Of a stretch of 64,000 bases of DNA, positions 61,252 to 64,000 are shown in pieces (within the stretch, counting starts at the first letter, position 1; each line of letters begins with the position of its first letter). Source of the DNA: Marsupella aquatica (Eukaryota > Plantae > Marchantiophyta); contig OZ316894.1 in NCBI GenBank assembly GCA_973895155.1, positions 10,943,874-11,007,873 on the forward strand. Reading direction: 5' to 3'. The notes beneath the pieces were generated by a model that ran no database searches, was not told the DNA's origin, and was given only the letters and a program-made list of their open reading frames with translations. The translations under genes and the position numbers were made by a program.

Positions 61252-61292
61252 TCATACCTAACCTAGACGTAAGAGTAAATACCCAACACTAA

Positions 61293-61605
61293 AGACAATG
61301 TTCACAATATTTTCCAAACCCATGAGTGATTCACCTGTGGCCTGCCCAAATGGCATGGGTGAGCAAAAGCTACCCTTGCTGAAAAAATTGATAAGTGTCA
61401 TCTGAAGATGATGTTCACAATGTTTAAAAAAACCACCAGTGCTGACCAGTTACCCCTGCCCTAACGACATGGGTTAGCAGACAATACTCTTGCTAGGTGT
61501 TATCTGAAGACAATCTCTACAATGTCTTTGAAAACCACCAGTCTCGGCCATTCACCCCCGCCTGCACGGCATGGGCAGGCGAAAACACCCTTGCTGAAAA
61601 AAAAA
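61293..61605. repeat. Degenerate ~105-115-bp tandem repeat x3 (target of the copia B insertion)
   Basis: Recurring gaagacaatgttcacaat...aaaccaccag...cctgcc...gcatggg...acccttgctgaaaaa. Confidence 0.65.
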
Positions 61606-64000
61606 CCAATGAAAACAATGTATTGTCTTGCGGCACTATGTTAGGGTATATTTAACCCTGAACCCATAAATCCTTGTCTTTTGCTTGCAATTTACTGATC
61701 CTACATGTCAATCAGTGGGTCCTTAAATTGGTGAATGGAGTGGAGCCTAGGGTTCCCAAATTGAAGGTTTTTATGTATGCAAATTGCATTTAATAAGAGA
61801 GAATGTCCCTAATAAGTGTCCCTAATAAACATTCGACCGGCTGGTTTTGTAATACAAGAGGTGGGTATGGGTGGTCTTTGGGCTTTGGACAAAATGCAAA
61901 TAGCACTAGCCATTACTTTTAATTACATGGAGACACTTGTACCTTACACCTTGATAATCCTAGTTTTTTTCTTTCAATCAATGAATGCAGCCACATTTTG
62001 ATGTGTGATTACCAGCAGGGCCTTGATATCAACTGACATGAGGTTTGTTATTTGTTCATATCTTAATTACTCTTTGGCGCTTTCCCTTTCATTGACTTTT
62101 GTAAGTAGTTGATAGCCCTGGTTCTGATCATATTTAAAGATAATGACATGCGTGTGGTAATAAACACTACCAATTTAATTACGGACCCCCATGGAAAGTT
62201 ACTTCCAAATTCCTGGATGCACGTGCAGCCACATAAGCATGATTTGTCACAAACAATAACCATTAGAATGCAAGTAGAGCCAAAATTGACTATTTGTGTT
62301 TGAGGCAAGGCAATGAAAAATAGTTAGACCCTGGAACTGTAAAAACAATCAAAAACTAAAAAGGATCATTTCAACTAAACAAAGAAAAGGTTTGAACAGG
62401 GGTAAAATATAATAATCTTTGGATGAATTGTGATTGATATATCAGTGTTTTCTGGTAAACTGTTTCAATTTTCTATTTAATTTACTCATTTTTGAAATAA
62501 TGACAAGTAGAAAAAAACTTGTCAACTACTCTAATATTTACCAAGGTAACATAAGAAACCCAAGAAACTTTCCAACTCTCTAACATCTACAAGGTAACTT
62601 AAAAAACACTTTGGCTACTATGGATAGAGTTCAAGCAAAGGTAAGAAACACCATAACTACTACGGGTAGAGGAATACCAAGGGACTCTAAGACCTTTCAA
62701 CTACTAAGGAAAAAATAATATTTTGCTGGAACTTGCTATATATAATGTTACAAGTGTATAGACATAGATATACTAAGGGAAACATTCTGTATAGAGTATT
62801 ACCCTTGGCATTACCATGAATGTACTCCAACTTGTGTTCAATGAAATTATCCTAACTGCCTTTAAAATTCACTTCATTTAGAATCCTTCATTTAATCTTT
62901 GTCCTCTCATTTATCTATTCCAATGTGCAACTCTTCATGACTCCAAATAGTTCAATAACAACAAACTTACATAACCAAGGGGTCCTCGAACTATACTCAG
63001 TTCATTTGATTCCAAACCATAAACTCTAAACCTTAAACCCCTTACATACTCCGGCCCTTTTGGTTATTGTGGCCCAGGGATAGCATGGTTATCAAGAACT
63101 ATAATACAAGGTTGCGCCAAAAAATGAAGTGGTCGTCATTCAAATATGTAGGGCACAAAAATTTAAAAGTTTGGTCAAAGATAAGTAATAAAGCCAAAGT
63201 GTGACTTGGGTTACCGTGACTCACACGAGACACCAACTAAAATAAGTGAAAAACTTTAACAATGCACGAGATCAAGGAGGATCCTCTACATGATACATGC
63301 AAGGAAGTATCATATATATTTAATATTGTGATGGAATATATTTTTGTTAGTTTTGTGTAATAGTGTAAGAAAAGTTTAATTAGTAACAGTATTTTAGTCA
63401 ATAGAGTAATTTCATACACTAATCAATAAAAAACTTTTCTCCCTATATTTGTGGTGATTTTTACACTCACTTGCACTGTCATTTTCAATGCCAAAAAACA
63501 AAAGCAATAAGACCCAAAGACATAGTGAAGCGCATGGCACAGGCGTTGAGGGGCACACTCGCAATATAGGGCAGCCCCTCACCCAGTATAGAGTGGTCGT
63601 CATTCAAATAGGCACCAATTTATAGAGTGGTCGTCATTCAAATGCAGGGACATTGTGGGTAAAAACACAAAACAAAATAGTTTGACTATTACAAAGACAA
63701 AGGAATAGGACCAAAAACACCATGCCACCCCTTGGATGCTGGCCATGACGATAGCATTGAGCCCGGGATCAAGCCGTGACAACCCTGACTCTTGGTCAAC
63801 TCGCTCCTTCCCTCCTTGAATTTTTAGTTCACAACATCTTTCCCATAACAACAGCTTCCAGGGTGAAACAATACTTATAACATCTTTTACTTCACAATAT
63901 CTTTGGCAAAATAACAGCTTTTTCTTAATGACATCTTTCACATAATGGCGTATTTGGAAAAATGACTTCTTTTTTTAATGACATCTTTTTATTTCATGAC

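Larger units (their letters stand above)
54775..61288 (-). mobile_element. Ty1/copia LTR retrotransposon B, full-length, recent
   Basis: LTRs 54775-55195 (421 bp) and 60850-61288 (439 bp); perfect TSD CTAAA; PBS TGGTATCAGAGC at 60836-60847; PPT next to 55196. Confidence 0.97.

Overview
Eukaryotic nuclear DNA from a land plant (spliceosomal GT-AG introns, plant-type genes and transposons; a non-seed plant is my guess, not demonstrated). There are two intact host genes, both on the minus strand: an alpha-1,4-fucosyltransferase (GT10, FUT13/FucTC type, 3 exons, 9551-11684) and the queuosine-salvage glycosylase QNG1/DUF2419 (7 exons, 50291-53674). Between them is a nested transposon stack: a Mutator-like element (13747-25195) whose transposase is split by a Ty1/copia element (15347-20674), and an L1-type LINE split by a 16.9-kb CACTA element (26759-43637, TIR CACTAGAAGAA, TSD CTT). 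A younger related copia lies at 54775-61288. There is also a candidate tRNA-derived SINE, a small Helitron and a trypsin-like pseudogene. The main finding is that the CACTA element carries, upstream of its transposase and in the same orientation, three single-exon accessory ORFs: a Cys/His finger, a stand-alone EDM2-type composite PHD cassette, and a tandem BRCT protein resembling the DNA polymerase lambda BRCT. It also holds a captured RPL18a exon. This could be a TE-encoded chromatin-reading/DNA-repair-modulating module. Second, both copia elements have an in-frame TGA at the same gag/pol junction, which suggests programmed readthrough. All family assignments come from recognising motifs by eye; no searches were run.
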